64,000 nucleotides of DNA from contig DASVVE010000063.1 in the NCBI GenBank assembly GCA_036386675.1, positions 2,279-66,278 on the forward strand, read 5' to 3'. Position 1 is the stretch's first letter. Every line of letters starts with the position of its first letter. The notes under the pieces are model-generated. The model was not told where the DNA came from. It did no database searches and saw nothing but the letters and a program-made list of their open reading frames with translations. Both the position numbers and the translations under genes were made by a program. The stretch comes from Chloroflexia bacterium. Its GTDB lineage: Bacteria > Chloroflexota > Chloroflexia > QHBQ01 > JADMIH01. Of this stretch, positions 29,184 through 39,542 are shown in pieces.

Positions 29184-31225
29184 TTCTGTAGCTCCACCAG
29201 GATGTCGCCAGCGGCCACTTGCGCCCCCTCCGCGAAGAGTACGGCGGCCACTCGGCCCGCGTGCGGCGCGCGGACTGTGAATTCCATCTTCATAGCCTCT
29301 ATTATAACCAGCGGCTGCTCTTCAGTAACACTGTCGCCCGCACCGACGAGGACCTTGAGCACCTTGCCGGGCATGGGGCTTTCCAGGTTGTCTTCGTCGT
29401 TAAGGTGCAGGGCCTTGGTCAAACGCTCGGTAGATAGCGCGGGCGCGCGGCGCACCCAGTATTCACGCCCCTCCCAGTAGAGGTACGCTTCTCGTGCTGT
29501 ATCGGAGAAGCCGCACTCCAACATGAACAGCGGCCCACCCTCCTGTAGCTGCACCCGCACCGCCGCACCTACCCCTGATACATCTTGCTGGCTAGCTGGC
29601 GGCGCGGGAACGCCAATCACAGCCGGTCCTTCGAAGAGTGCCTCCCCGCCCTGTGATACCTTTGCGTGGTAACCGTTTGCCACTCCGTCTAAAGTGGACA
29701 ACTCCACGTGATACTCTCGTCCCTCTATCTCCACGGCGGCGCGCATTGCCTGGCGTGCCTGCCGCCAACTGTTTGAGTGCCATAGGTGGGCCGCCCCATC
29801 CCCCGGTGTCAGCATGAGCAGCGCCCCGGCGGCAAGTACCACCTGAGTAGGAACCAGCGTAAAGGCCCCAGGCCGGTAATAGCGTTCGATGAAGCGCGTG
29901 GAGGTGTTGCCAAGCTCAAACTGTGGGTGCGAGAACAACCAGCGCAGGAAGTCGAGGTTGGTCTGCACGCCCTCAAGCTCCATGCTTCCCAACATCTCCT
30001 GCATTCGGGTCAGTGCCTGGTGCCGCGACTCTCCCGAAGCTATAATCTTTGCGATCATAGGATCGTAGTAGGGGCTGATCTCGTCGCCCTCCGCGACACC
30101 GGCGTCCACACGAATGCCGTAGCCGTCGTAGGGCGCGTTCAGCAGCGTCACCTTGCCCGTGGAGGGGAGAAATCCCTTCTCAGGGGCTTCTGCGTAAAGG
30201 CGGGCTTCCATGGCGTGGCCCTCGAATTCGATTTCGTCCTGGGCAACCCACAGTCGCTCGCCACCGGCGATACGAATCTGCGCTTCAACGAGGTCGAAGT
30301 TTAGAGCCTGTTCGGTCACGGGGTGCTCCACCTGGAGACGCGTGTTCATCTCGAGAAAATAGAACTCTCCATCCTGGAAGATGAATTCGACCGTCCCCGC
30401 GTTGGTGTAGCCTGCTCTGCGTGCCAACTTCAGGGCGGCGCCGGTGATTTGCGCCCGTAGCATCGCGTTCACTACGGGGGAGGGTGACTCCTCAACCACC
30501 TTCTGGTGCCTGCGTTGGATGGAACATTCGCGCTCTCCCAGGTGAACCAGGTTGCCGAACTGGTCCCCCAGCACTTGCACCTCGATGTGCCGTGGCTCAG
30601 TCAGGTACCTCTCCAGCATTACACTGCTGTCGTTGAACGCCGCGAGCGCCTCGCGTTGCGCACCCTCCAACTCGCCCGCAAACTCGCCCCGACTCTCGAC
30701 CACACGCATCCCCTTGCCCCCACCCCCTGCCGAGGCTTTTATCAGAACCGGGTACCCAATACGATCTGCCTCTGCTTCGAGACGTTTCAGGGACTGGTCG
30801 TCGCCGTAATAACCGGGCACAACAGGTACGCCAGCCTGCTCGGCCAGCCGCTTGGCCTCAATCTTAGATCCCATGAGGGTAATCGCTTCCGGGGTGGGGC
30901 CAATCCAGGTCAGCCCGGCGTCCATAAACGCGCGGGCGAAGGCTGCGTTCTCGGAGAGGAAGCCATAGCCGGGGTGGACGGCGTCACAACCCGCCCGCTT
31001 CGCAACTTCGATGATCTTATCGCCACGGAGGTAGCTTTCGAGGGCGGGCGCCGCGCCGATATGGTACGCTTCGTCGCAGGCGCGGACATGGAGCGCCCGT
31101 TCGTCGGCGTCCGAGAAGACGGCCACCGACTTGATATCGAGGGCAAGGCAGGCGCGGGCGATACGCACAGCTATCTCGCCACGGTTGGCAATTAGTATCT
31201 TGCGGAACACCATCAGCTCGCCCAC
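29180..31225 (-). CDS. Methylcrotonoyl-CoA carboxylase alpha subunit (biotin carboxylase + C-terminal BCCP)
   Basis: 681 aa; IANRGEIAVRIARA; C-terminal EAMKMEFTV biotinyl domain; possible coupled start at 31213 (TGATG overlap with the upstream stop). Confidence 0.85.
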   Translation of the reverse strand: MGELMVFRKILIANRGEIAVRIARACLALDIKSVAVFSDADERALHVRACDEAYHIGAAPALESYLRGDKIIEVAKRAGCDAVHPGYGFLSENAAFARAFMDAGLTWIGPTPEAITLMGSKIEAKRLAEQAGVPVVPGYYGDDQSLKRLEAEADRIGYPVLIKASAGGGGKGMRVVESRGEFAGELEGAQREALAAFNDSSVMLERYLTEPRHIEVQVLGDQFGNLVHLGERECSIQRRHQKVVEESPSPVVNAMLRAQITGAALKLARRAGYTNAGTVEFIFQDGEFYFLEMNTRLQVEHPVTEQALNFDLVEAQIRIAGGERLWVAQDEIEFEGHAMEARLYAEAPEKGFLPSTGKVTLLNAPYDGYGIRVDAGVAEGDEISPYYDPMIAKIIASGESRHQALTRMQEMLGSMELEGVQTNLDFLRWLFSHPQFELGNTSTRFIERYYRPGAFTLVPTQVVLAAGALLMLTPGDGAAHLWHSNSWRQARQAMRAAVEIEGREYHVELSTLDGVANGYHAKVSQGGEALFEGPAVIGVPAPPASQQDVSGVGAAVRVQLQEGGPLFMLECGFSDTAREAYLYWEGREYWVRRAPALSTERLTKALHLNDEDNLESPMPGKVLKVLVGAGDSVTEEQPLVIIEAMKMEFTVRAPHAGRVAAVLFAEGAQVAAGDILVELQK

Positions 31226-32004
31226 TCCGGCTTCCTCTTCTCGAGGAAAGCGCGGAGACCCTCCTGGCCGTCGGGGCTTACACGGAGCGCAGCGATTGTC
31301 TGCACGGTCAACTCCCTGGCTTCCTGGGGCTGGAGAGTTGGCACCACGCTAACCAGCTCCTTTGCCTTCGCGATAGCGCTGCCGGAGCTACTCTTAACTT
31401 CCCTGAGCAGTCGTTCGACTTCTGAGTCGAGCGCGTCCTCGGCAACCACAACATGGGCGAGGCCAATCTGCTGTGCGCGGCGGCTGTCGAAGCGTTCGGC
31501 AGTGAAGAAGAGAGCCCGCGCGTGACTGCGGCCGATCTTTGCCAGCACGTAGGGTGAGATAACGGCGGGCGCGATGCCCAGTTTCGTCTCCGAGAAAGCC
31601 CAGACGGCGTTTTCAGCCGCAACCACGATGTCACAGACGGCAGCGAGACCAACACCTCCACCCAGTGCGGCACCGTGTATGCGGGAAATAACTGGAACAG
31701 GGCACCGGTTGATTGCTTCGAACATTTCGGACATGTGGGTGGCATCCGCGACGTTCTGTTCGTGGGTGAATTCGAGGCTGGCCCGCATCCAATTCACGTC
31801 CGCGCCTGCGCAGAAAGAGTGGCCTGCACCGGAGAGGACGGCCGCCCTTACCTCTCCGAAAGCGCCATTGTCTATACTCACGAAGGTCGCGCGAAGCTCC
31901 TCGATTAGCTGTGAATTGAAGGCATTACGGACCTCGGGCCGGTTGAGCGTAACTCGTGCGACCCTTTCGCTGATCTCGACGTTGAGTAGCTGCGGTTGCT
32001 GCAT
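31213..32004 (-). CDS. Enoyl-CoA hydratase/crotonase family, likely methylglutaconyl-CoA hydratase
   Basis: Start moved to the internal Met at 32004 (SD AGGA upstream, 5 nt after the upstream gene end); crotonase motif GAGHSFCAGAD. Confidence 0.8.
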   Translation of the reverse strand: MQQPQLLNVEISERVARVTLNRPEVRNAFNSQLIEELRATFVSIDNGAFGEVRAAVLSGAGHSFCAGADVNWMRASLEFTHEQNVADATHMSEMFEAINRCPVPVISRIHGAALGGGVGLAAVCDIVVAAENAVWAFSETKLGIAPAVISPYVLAKIGRSHARALFFTAERFDSRRAQQIGLAHVVVAEDALDSEVERLLREVKSSSGSAIAKAKELVSVVPTLQPQEARELTVQTIAALRVSPDGQEGLRAFLEKRKPEWAS

Positions 32005-32008
32005 TGTG

Positions 32009-33616
32009 TCACATCCTGAAGACGCCGAAATGCGTCTCCGGTATAGGTGCGTTGGCAGAGGCGGCGATTCCCAGCCCCAGGACCATGCGGGTGTCCAACG
32101 GGTCAATTATACCGTCGTCCCACAGGCGCGCCGTGGAATAGTAGGGATTGCCCTCCTCCTCGTACTTGTCGAGCGTGGGCTGCATGAACTCGGCCTGCTC
32201 GTCCGGGGTCATGTCCTTACCTTGTGCGCGGAGATTGTCGCGGCGGACTGTGAGCAGAACGTTGGCCGCCTGCTGCCCACCCATGACCGAGATGCGGGCG
32301 TTGGGCCACATCCAGAGTTGGCGTGGCTGGTAGGCTCGACCGCACATCGCGTAATTACCCGCACCGAATGAGCCGCCGATGATAACTGTAAACTTGGGCA
32401 CCCGGGCCGTTGCCACGGCGGTCACCATCTTGGCACCGTCCTTCGCAATGCCTCTGTTCTCGTATTCTTTGCCGACCATGAACCCGGTGATGTTCTGTAG
32501 AAACACCAGGGGTATACGACGTTGCGCGCAAAGCTCGATGAAGTGAGCGCCCTTGAGCGCACTCTCGGAAAAGAGAATGCCGTTGTTGGCAATTATGCCG
32601 GCAGGGTAGCCCATGATTCGGGCAAAGCCGCACACCAGCGTCGAACCGTAAAGGGGCTTGAACTCGTGGAAGCGCGAGCCGTCCACGATCCGCGCGATTA
32701 CGTCACGCACGTCATAAGGTCTGCGGGCGTCCTTCTCAACGATGCCGTAGATCTCAGCCGGGTCGTACAGTGGAGGCTCCGGGCTGATTACCTCCCAGGG
32801 TAGGTCTTTACGGCGGTGGAGATTCGCTACTATGTCGCGGGTGATGGCTAGGGCGTGCTCGTCGTCAACCGCCAGGTGGTCTGTCACGCCGCTGATACGG
32901 CTGTGGACTTCACCCCCGCCCAGTTCCTCAGCGGTGACTTCTTCGCCCGTGGCCGCCTTTACGAGGGGTGGGCCGCCGAGGAAGATGGTGCCTGTTCCCT
33001 TCACGATCACCGACTCGTCGGACATTGCAGGGACGTAGGCACCGCCGGCCGTGCACGAACCCATTACGACGGCTATCTGCGGGATCGCTTTGGCGGACAG
33101 GTTGGCCTGGTTGTAGAAGATACGGCCAAAGTGGTCGCGGTCCGGGAACACCTCGGCTTGCAGTGGCAAAAACGCGCCTCCCGAATCGACCAGGTAAATG
33201 CACGGAAGGTGATTTTCTTCAGCAATCTCCTGGGCGCGCAGGTGCTTCTTCACCGTAATGGGGTAGTAGGTGCCGCCCTTCACGGTGGCATCATTGGCTA
33301 CGATGACGCATTCCTGTCCCGACACGACCCCGAGGCCAGTGACCACCCCAGCCGCCGGAGCATCTCCGTTATACATATCCCATGCAGCTAGGGCTGAGAG
33401 TTCCATGAACGCGGTGCCGGGGTCGAGGAGCAGTTCTATGCGGTCGCGTGCGAGTAGCTTGCCGCGGGACTGGTGGCGCGCTATCGAGTCTGGGCCGCCT
33501 CCCAGCCGCACGCTCGTAAGCCTCTCGCGCAACTGAGACACGAGAGACGACATGTGGGCCAGGTTCTCTCTGTACTGGTCCGTGCTGGTGGAGACGTGAG
33601 ACTTTATGACTGCCAT
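32009..33616 (-). CDS. Methylcrotonoyl-CoA carboxylase beta subunit (carboxyltransferase)
   Basis: 535 aa from the Met at 33616 (ORF-track start 33796 adds 60 aa with no homology pattern); acyl-CoA carboxyltransferase family. Confidence 0.85.
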   Translation of the reverse strand: MAVIKSHVSTSTDQYRENLAHMSSLVSQLRERLTSVRLGGGPDSIARHQSRGKLLARDRIELLLDPGTAFMELSALAAWDMYNGDAPAAGVVTGLGVVSGQECVIVANDATVKGGTYYPITVKKHLRAQEIAEENHLPCIYLVDSGGAFLPLQAEVFPDRDHFGRIFYNQANLSAKAIPQIAVVMGSCTAGGAYVPAMSDESVIVKGTGTIFLGGPPLVKAATGEEVTAEELGGGEVHSRISGVTDHLAVDDEHALAITRDIVANLHRRKDLPWEVISPEPPLYDPAEIYGIVEKDARRPYDVRDVIARIVDGSRFHEFKPLYGSTLVCGFARIMGYPAGIIANNGILFSESALKGAHFIELCAQRRIPLVFLQNITGFMVGKEYENRGIAKDGAKMVTAVATARVPKFTVIIGGSFGAGNYAMCGRAYQPRQLWMWPNARISVMGGQQAANVLLTVRRDNLRAQGKDMTPDEQAEFMQPTLDKYEEEGNPYYSTARLWDDGIIDPLDTRMVLGLGIAASANAPIPETHFGVFRM

Positions 33617-33734
33617 GTGTGGGAGGTGAAGTTCCTTTGAGGAAAACTGACAGTGTTGGACCCCCGGATGAGCAGCCAGCCGGAGGTCCATTGGTGGCGT
33701 TATGAAGGTGAGCCGGTGAAAACGTGTCCTATAC

Positions 33735-33995
33735 TTAGAGATCGAAGAATTCCCGGTTCTTCGCGGTGTATTCCTGGTACTCTTCAGGGACGTCATCTTC
33801 GGGGTATATTGCGTTTACCGGGCACTCCGGTTCGCACGCGCCGCAGTCGATGCACTCGTCCGGGTTGATAAAGAGCTGGAGCACTTCGGCATGGCCCGGC
33901 TCGTCCTTGCGCGGGTGGATGCAGTCGACCGGGCAAACGTCGACGCAGGCGGCGTCCTTGACGTTGATGCACGGCTCGGTGATTACGTAGGTCAT
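33735..33995 (-). CDS. fdxA: 7Fe ferredoxin (FdxA-type, [3Fe-4S][4Fe-4S])
   Basis: 86 aa from the Met at 33995; CxxxxxCxxxCP and [12 protein letters not shown] cluster motifs. Confidence 0.8.
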   Translation of the reverse strand: MTYVITEPCINVKDAACVDVCPVDCIHPRKDEPGHAEVLQLFINPDECIDCGACEPECPVNAIYPEDDVPEEYQEYTAKNREFFDL

Positions 33996-34348
33996 GTGGC
34001 TCGGATCCTCCTCTGAGTTTTGCCCATACCAGGCCAGGGAAAATTGCGTAGCTTCAGGCATCATTATACTCTGGAGCGCGTGCCTGTCAAGACTCCGGAC
34101 ACGGCGCACAACCGTGCTACATATCCCTACAGAACACCACGATGAAAATCAGCAGCAAACATGGTACGAATGTCGTATTGAGATTTCTCGTAAGCAACCT
34201 TAGAATTGACATAGCACACGAGCGCAACCTGAGAGCCTATTGTGCGTCGTATCAGTATATCTGTGTCATTCCGTCGACCCGGACCATCCCTCTCGACGGG
34301 AGGCAGGGTCGAGCATACCTACCGACAAGAAGCGTAACGAGGTAGCAT

Positions 34349-36745
34349 ATGAACAGCCGCCTATACAAACAATCCTTCCGCGCGGTCGAAAAGCGTGCCC
34401 TCATGTTCAGAACGTGGTCAGTACTGGCCTGGCTGTTCGCTGTGCCCTTCTTGTTTGGCTCTGCGTCCGAAGCCGCCGTGCCACAGCCGCAGCCGCAGCC
34501 CACGTCCCAGGTCGTGGCTAACGCTACATCGGTTCGCGCTGCCGAGCTACAAGACGCCTTCGACTCAGCTGCTTTGCGCTGGGGTGTGCCTGTAGAGTTG
34601 CTCATGTCGGTGGGCTACGTTGAGTCGCACTGGGAGCAGCGCGGGGGCGAGCCGTCCATTGACGGCGGCTACGGGATCATGCACCTGGTGGACGGCGAAG
34701 GCGAAGCGGGTACCCTACAGAAGGCTGCTGAACTTACCGGCATCACGGTCGACCGACTCAAGGCTGACGCTCGGTCGAACATCGAGGGTGGTGCCGCGCT
34801 TCTGAGTTACATATCCCAAAAGCCAGAAACCACCATCAAGTCTGCAAACAAGTGGGCTAGCTGGTTTGAGGTTGCCGCCACCTACTCCGGGGCTAACGAC
34901 CCGTGGGTGCGGGACGAATATGCTCGCGAGGTGTTTCGCGTCCTCGGGGGCGGTGCCTCCGTAAAGTTGACTTCGGGTGAGACACTGAGCCTGTCGCCTG
35001 CCGGCGGGGTAGAAGCGCCCGCTCGCAATGGGACTGTCCATACGCCCAACAGCGAGGACTACTCGGAGGCCAACTGGGTGCCCGCGCATAGTAACAATTA
35101 CACAACGGGGAGGCCGTGGTCGCAGTCGAGCGGGCTATGCAGCTCTATCAAATATTTTGTTATCCACGATACAGAGGGGAGCTATAACTCCGCGATCAAC
35201 TGGTTTCAGAACTCAGGCTCCGGTGTCAGCGCCCACTACGTAATTCGCTCGTCCGACGGCCACATGACGCAGATGGTGCGCAACGCCGACACCGGCCACC
35301 ACGCCGGTAGCTGGAAGTACAACATCTGTTCGATAGGCATAGAGCACGAAGGTTACATGAGCCAGAGCGGTTGGTATACAGAGGCGATGTACCAGGCATC
35401 GGCCAAGCTAGTCGCGACGATGTCCGACAGGTACGGGATCAAGAAGGACCGTACCCGTGTCATCGCCCACTCGGAGGTGCCGGGCGCTACCCACCAGGAC
35501 CCCGGCCCCAAGTGGGACTGGGACTACTACATGGGCCTGGTACGCGGTGACTCGCGGCGAGCCGGGTTGGTAGATAACACCGATAGCGGCTTCTCAGCAT
35601 CGCCCTCACAGCTGGATGCTGACCACGCCTGGTGGACGTACTCCAACGGTTACAACGGATCGAGCACGTTGTCCACCAGATCGGTGACAAGCCAGCAATC
35701 GTCGGAGAATTCCGGCACCTGGACCACGTACCTACCGAACACCGGGAATTACGACCTCTACGCCTTCGTTCCCTACGTGGACAACAACACGCCTGACACC
35801 GAGAACGCCCGGTACACCGTATACGCATCCGACGGTACCAGGGTGGCCGCCGTGAGCCAGAAGGCGATCACAGACCGGGGCGTGGGAGGCTGGGCGCACC
35901 TCGGCAAGTTCCACTTTAACGCGGGCTCTGAAGCCAGGGTCTACCTGGGCGACGACACGGGCGAGAGCGGCCGCAACGTCTGGTACGACGCCATGATGTG
36001 GATTCCCACCGACGGCACGGCACCTCCGCCGCCCGCGGCGACCACCACCCCCTACAGGCCGCCCGCGACAGCGACAAACACCCGTGTGCCCACCAGAACC
36101 GCTACCCCTGTGCCAACCTGGACCCCCGGACCCTGCAACATGCGCTTCTACGACCTGCCCGATACCAGCTGGGCTTACTCCTACATCAGCAACCTGTACT
36201 GCCGCAACGTCGTCTCCGGCTTCTCCGACGGGACCTTCCGCCCTAACGCGGACATCACACGGGGCCAGTTCACAAAGATGCTGGTGCTGAGCTTCAACAT
36301 GGCGGGGCAGACGCCGAGTCAGGCTACCTTTGCTGACGTACCCCTGGGCAGCACGTACTCGGCCTTTGTGGAAACAGCGGCCAGGGCGGGTATCGTCGGC
36401 GGTTACTCCGATGGCAATTTCCGACCTAACGAGTCGGTGACCCGCGGCCAGGCTGTTAAGATGATTACCATAGCTGCCAACTGGGGGCAAGCGTATCCGC
36501 CCGTGGCAACGTTCGCCGACATACCGAGCGGTCATTGGGCCTTCGGCTACGTCGAATCGGCTTATCGCCAGGGCATTATCAACGGATACTCTGACGGTAC
36601 CTTCCGGCCGCAGGTCGGTATGTCCCGCGCGCAGGTGTCGAAGGTTTTGACAATCGCTACGCAGCCCTGGCTACCTCGCAGCAAACCGGACGGACAGCCG
36701 GTGGCCGTAGCTTCACCCATGACGGCAGAACCCGCCAGGAAATAG
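34349..36745 (+). CDS. Secreted peptidoglycan hydrolase: N-acetylmuramoyl-L-alanine amidase (Amidase_2/PGRP) with Pro/Thr-rich linker and three C-terminal SLH domains
   Basis: 798 aa; signal peptide; N-terminal transglycosylase-like segment; amidase_2 core (YFVIHDTEGSY…SAHYVI…GIEHEG); three SLH repeats (FYDLPDTSWAY…, FADVPLGSTYS…, FADIPSGHWAF…). Confidence 0.85.
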   Translation: MNSRLYKQSFRAVEKRALMFRTWSVLAWLFAVPFLFGSASEAAVPQPQPQPTSQVVANATSVRAAELQDAFDSAALRWGVPVELLMSVGYVESHWEQRGGEPSIDGGYGIMHLVDGEGEAGTLQKAAELTGITVDRLKADARSNIEGGAALLSYISQKPETTIKSANKWASWFEVAATYSGANDPWVRDEYAREVFRVLGGGASVKLTSGETLSLSPAGGVEAPARNGTVHTPNSEDYSEANWVPAHSNNYTTGRPWSQSSGLCSSIKYFVIHDTEGSYNSAINWFQNSGSGVSAHYVIRSSDGHMTQMVRNADTGHHAGSWKYNICSIGIEHEGYMSQSGWYTEAMYQASAKLVATMSDRYGIKKDRTRVIAHSEVPGATHQDPGPKWDWDYYMGLVRGDSRRAGLVDNTDSGFSASPSQLDADHAWWTYSNGYNGSSTLSTRSVTSQQSSENSGTWTTYLPNTGNYDLYAFVPYVDNNTPDTENARYTVYASDGTRVAAVSQKAITDRGVGGWAHLGKFHFNAGSEARVYLGDDTGESGRNVWYDAMMWIPTDGTAPPPPAATTTPYRPPATATNTRVPTRTATPVPTWTPGPCNMRFYDLPDTSWAYSYISNLYCRNVVSGFSDGTFRPNADITRGQFTKMLVLSFNMAGQTPSQATFADVPLGSTYSAFVETAARAGIVGGYSDGNFRPNESVTRGQAVKMITIAANWGQAYPPVATFADIPSGHWAFGYVESAYRQGIINGYSDGTFRPQVGMSRAQVSKVLTIATQPWLPRSKPDGQPVAVASPMTAEPARK

Positions 36746-36760
36746 CGCGGCGTTGCGAAG

Positions 36761-36800
36761 AAAAGGCCCTCCTGACACCTGAGCAGGAGGGCCTTTTCTC
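36761..36800 (+). terminator. Rho-independent terminator after the SLH-amidase gene
   Basis: GGCCCTCCTG–9 nt loop–CAGGAGGGCC followed by TTTTCTC, 16 nt after the stop. Confidence 0.6.
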
Positions 36801-36891
36801 TGGTGGGGCCGGTCGGTCCGGTTGTTAATGCATTCCTGGTACGTTATAATGCGCTGGCCTCGAAAAGCGATTACGACGTGAGATACGCGAG

Positions 36892-37977
36892 ATGGAGGAA
36901 TGCATGGACTCGACGGAGCGAACTGGCAACGGAGCCACAGCGCCGGACGGACTACCCGACTTGCGACAAGGCGGCACTACAAGCGATGGCAGTGCCGGTG
37001 CGGACATTCACGACATAACCATCATCGGTGCCGGGCCAACTGGCCTCTTTGCCGCCTTCTACGCGGGCATGCGCACCATGAAGACGAAGATCATCGACGC
37101 CCTGCCGGAGCCTGGCGGCCAGCTGATGGCGCTCTACCCGGAGAAATACATCTACGACGCTCCAGGGTTCCCACGGATCGTAGCCAAGGACCTGGTGAAG
37201 AACCTGGTCGAGCAGTGTATGCAGTGGAACCCGAGCATGGTGCTAGGAGAGCGCGTGCTCAGGCTTGAGCAGGCCCAGGAAGGTCACTGGGTACTTACGA
37301 CCGATAAAGCTACCCACCTCTCGAAGGCTATTGTGATCGCCGCCGGTGTCGGCGCTTTTGCACCCAACAAATTGAACGCACCCGGCGTGAACGAGCTTGA
37401 GGGGCAGGCGGTCTATTACTTCGTCAAGGAGAAGGCTGCCTTCCAGGGCAAAGACCTGCTTATCGTGGGGGGTGGAGACTCGGCTGTAGACTGGGCTTTG
37501 AACTTGCAGGACGTCGCCAGGTCGATTACCGTCGTCCACCGCCGTAGCGAGTTCCGGGCACACGAAAGCTCGGTCGCGGAGATGATGAACTCAAAGGCCA
37601 CTGTGCTGACACCCTATGAAGTGAAGGAGGTGGCGGGCGATGGTCGGCTGGAGCGGGTGACTATTTACAACAACAAATCGAACGACGAGCAGACGCTGGA
37701 TGTCGACGCCATACTGGTGAACATCGGCTTCAAAGCAGACATCGGCCCGATACGCGAGTGGGGGCTGACCCTGGACAAGCGCGGCATCGTGGTCAACTAC
37801 CGAATGGAGACCAACCTGCCCGGTATTTACGCCGCCGGGGATATTGCGGCCGAAGAGGTGAAGATGAACCTGATTGCGACCGGTTACGGTCAGGCGGCAA
37901 TGGCTGTGAACGTCGCCAAGAACTATATCGACCCCAAGGCGAGCATCTTCCCAGGCCACAGCAGCGAGAAGATGTAG
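36892..37977 (+). CDS. Ferredoxin–NADP+ reductase type 2 / thioredoxin-reductase-like flavoprotein (YumC family)
   Basis: 361 aa; FAD motif IIGAGPTGLFAAFYAG, NAD(P) motif LIVGGGDSAVDWAL; ~35-aa N-terminal extension (alternative later start possible). Confidence 0.8.
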   Translation: MEECMDSTERTGNGATAPDGLPDLRQGGTTSDGSAGADIHDITIIGAGPTGLFAAFYAGMRTMKTKIIDALPEPGGQLMALYPEKYIYDAPGFPRIVAKDLVKNLVEQCMQWNPSMVLGERVLRLEQAQEGHWVLTTDKATHLSKAIVIAAGVGAFAPNKLNAPGVNELEGQAVYYFVKEKAAFQGKDLLIVGGGDSAVDWALNLQDVARSITVVHRRSEFRAHESSVAEMMNSKATVLTPYEVKEVAGDGRLERVTIYNNKSNDEQTLDVDAILVNIGFKADIGPIREWGLTLDKRGIVVNYRMETNLPGIYAAGDIAAEEVKMNLIATGYGQAAMAVNVAKNYIDPKASIFPGHSSEKM

Positions 37978-37979
37978 GC

Positions 37980-39467
37980 ATGAGAGGACACGTAGTGAAC
38001 TTAGAAGTGACATCTCAGCCGTTAGCGGCTCTGGACACCGACCTGCTGGTTGTGGGGATCGCGCAGGACGAGTCGCTCTCCCCGGCGGCCCAGGCGCTCG
38101 ACTCGGAATGGGAGGGCCTCATTGGCAGGGTCCGCGAGGATGGCGCGTTCAAAGGCAAGGCCTACGAGCTGGAGTGGATCTACCCGGCACCTGGAAAGGC
38201 GCGCAGAGCGCTGCTAATAGGCACGGGAAAAGTGTCGGCCTACGATGTGCGTGTGGTGAGGCGCTCGGCGGCAATTGCCTTGAGGCAAGCCCGCGCCAAA
38301 AGAGCGGCTCGCGTCACGATCGCTCTGCCTGCCGGGGGGCGGGTCGACTCTAACCTGCTGGTCCAGGCAGTCGCCGACGGTGCGCTAACAGGGCTGGCAG
38401 GGTCTGATCTCTACAAGGATGTGGAGAACAGGGGCGAGATACAGACCTTGCACATAGTGGTGGCGGAGGCCGGTGGCGGCGCGTCCGAAGCTCTCGAGCG
38501 GGGCCGCAAGATAGCGGAAGCCGTCAACTTTGGGCGCTGGCTCGGTGACGAACCCGCGAACATAATGACCCCGGTGCGGGCCGCTGAGGAAGCCCAGCGC
38601 TGGGCTGCCGAGTGTGGCCTGGAGTGCCAGGTGCTGGGTGAAGATGAACTGCGCGAAGCGGGCATGGGCTCGCTGCTGAGCGTAGCAACCGGCAGCAAAC
38701 TCCCTCCACAGGTCGTGGTGCTCGCCTACAATGGCGGCGGCGGTCCGATGCTCGGGCTGGTGGGCAAAGGAGTTACGTTCGATACCGGCGGCATCTCAAT
38801 CAAGCCCGCGGCTGACATGCATTACATGAAGTACGACATGTGTGGCGCTGCGGCTGTTATTGCGGCGATCGGCGGTATCGCACGGCTTGGCCTGAAAGCG
38901 AATGTCATCGCCGTGGCCGGACTAGTCGAGAACATGCCAAGTGGCACCGCCACCCGGCCTGGCGATGTCGTGAGGGCCGCGAACGGCAAGACAATCGAGA
39001 TCATCAACACCGATGCTGAGGGCCGTCTCGTGCTGGCTGACGCGCTGGACCTGGCCCGTACGCGCGGCGCAGAACGGCTCGTGGACGTGGCGACACTCAC
39101 GGGTGCTATAAAGGTTGCGCTTGGTGACGTAGCCACGGGCGCGATGGGCAACAACGAGGACTGGACCAACCAGGTGCTTGCCGCCGCCAAAGCGACGGGA
39201 GAACCGCTCTGGCCGATGCCCCTATACCCGGAGTACACTGAGAAGCTAAAGAGTAACATCGCGGACCTGATGAACACGGGCGGTCGTTTTGGTGGTGCCC
39301 TCACGGCGGCGGCGTTCCTCCAACAATTCGTCGGCGACACGCCCTGGGTGCACCTGGACGTGGCGGGCACTGCTTACACAGAGAAGGACGTTAGCTGGCA
39401 GATGAAGGGAGCCACAGGCGTGATGATCCGTACTCTTATAGAACTCGCGAGTAGCGACCTCGAATAG
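37980..39467 (+). CDS. pepA: Leucyl aminopeptidase (M17, PepA)
   Basis: Start at the ATG 37980, 2 nt after the FNR stop (ORF-track 37758 overlaps FNR); M17 motifs VGKGVTFDTGG, NTDAEGRL. Confidence 0.85.
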   Translation: MRGHVVNLEVTSQPLAALDTDLLVVGIAQDESLSPAAQALDSEWEGLIGRVREDGAFKGKAYELEWIYPAPGKARRALLIGTGKVSAYDVRVVRRSAAIALRQARAKRAARVTIALPAGGRVDSNLLVQAVADGALTGLAGSDLYKDVENRGEIQTLHIVVAEAGGGASEALERGRKIAEAVNFGRWLGDEPANIMTPVRAAEEAQRWAAECGLECQVLGEDELREAGMGSLLSVATGSKLPPQVVVLAYNGGGGPMLGLVGKGVTFDTGGISIKPAADMHYMKYDMCGAAAVIAAIGGIARLGLKANVIAVAGLVENMPSGTATRPGDVVRAANGKTIEIINTDAEGRLVLADALDLARTRGAERLVDVATLTGAIKVALGDVATGAMGNNEDWTNQVLAAAKATGEPLWPMPLYPEYTEKLKSNIADLMNTGGRFGGALTAAAFLQQFVGDTPWVHLDVAGTAYTEKDVSWQMKGATGVMIRTLIELASSDLE

Positions 39468-39495
39468 ACACGCTGTACTTCGACTCCTGTAAACT

Positions 39496-39534
39496 AAAAG
39501 AGTCGCCGGGCGTGTTTGCCCGGCGACTCTTTTA
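39496..39534. terminator. Bidirectional intrinsic terminator between convergent pepA and ABC-ATPase genes
   Basis: AAAAGAGTCGCCGGGC–loop–GCCCGGCGACTCTTTT; A-run and T-run flank a GC-rich stem. Confidence 0.55.
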
Positions 39535-39542
39535 TGCTTTGT

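Noticed and set aside
32005-32106. Upstream ORF-track starts for liuC (32106), liuB (33796), ferredoxin (34109), pepA (37758), Wzt (41138), copCD (61637) and the small stress genes
   Set aside because: In each case an internal ATG/TTG with a Shine-Dalgarno and tight 1–11 nt spacing to the upstream gene gives a family-typical N-terminus. The longer versions overlap neighbours and add non-homologous, often Arg-rich, extensions.
33735-37977. Ferredoxin and FNR as a dedicated redox pair/operon
   Set aside because: They are on opposite strands and separated by the amidase gene. Proximity may be coincidental.
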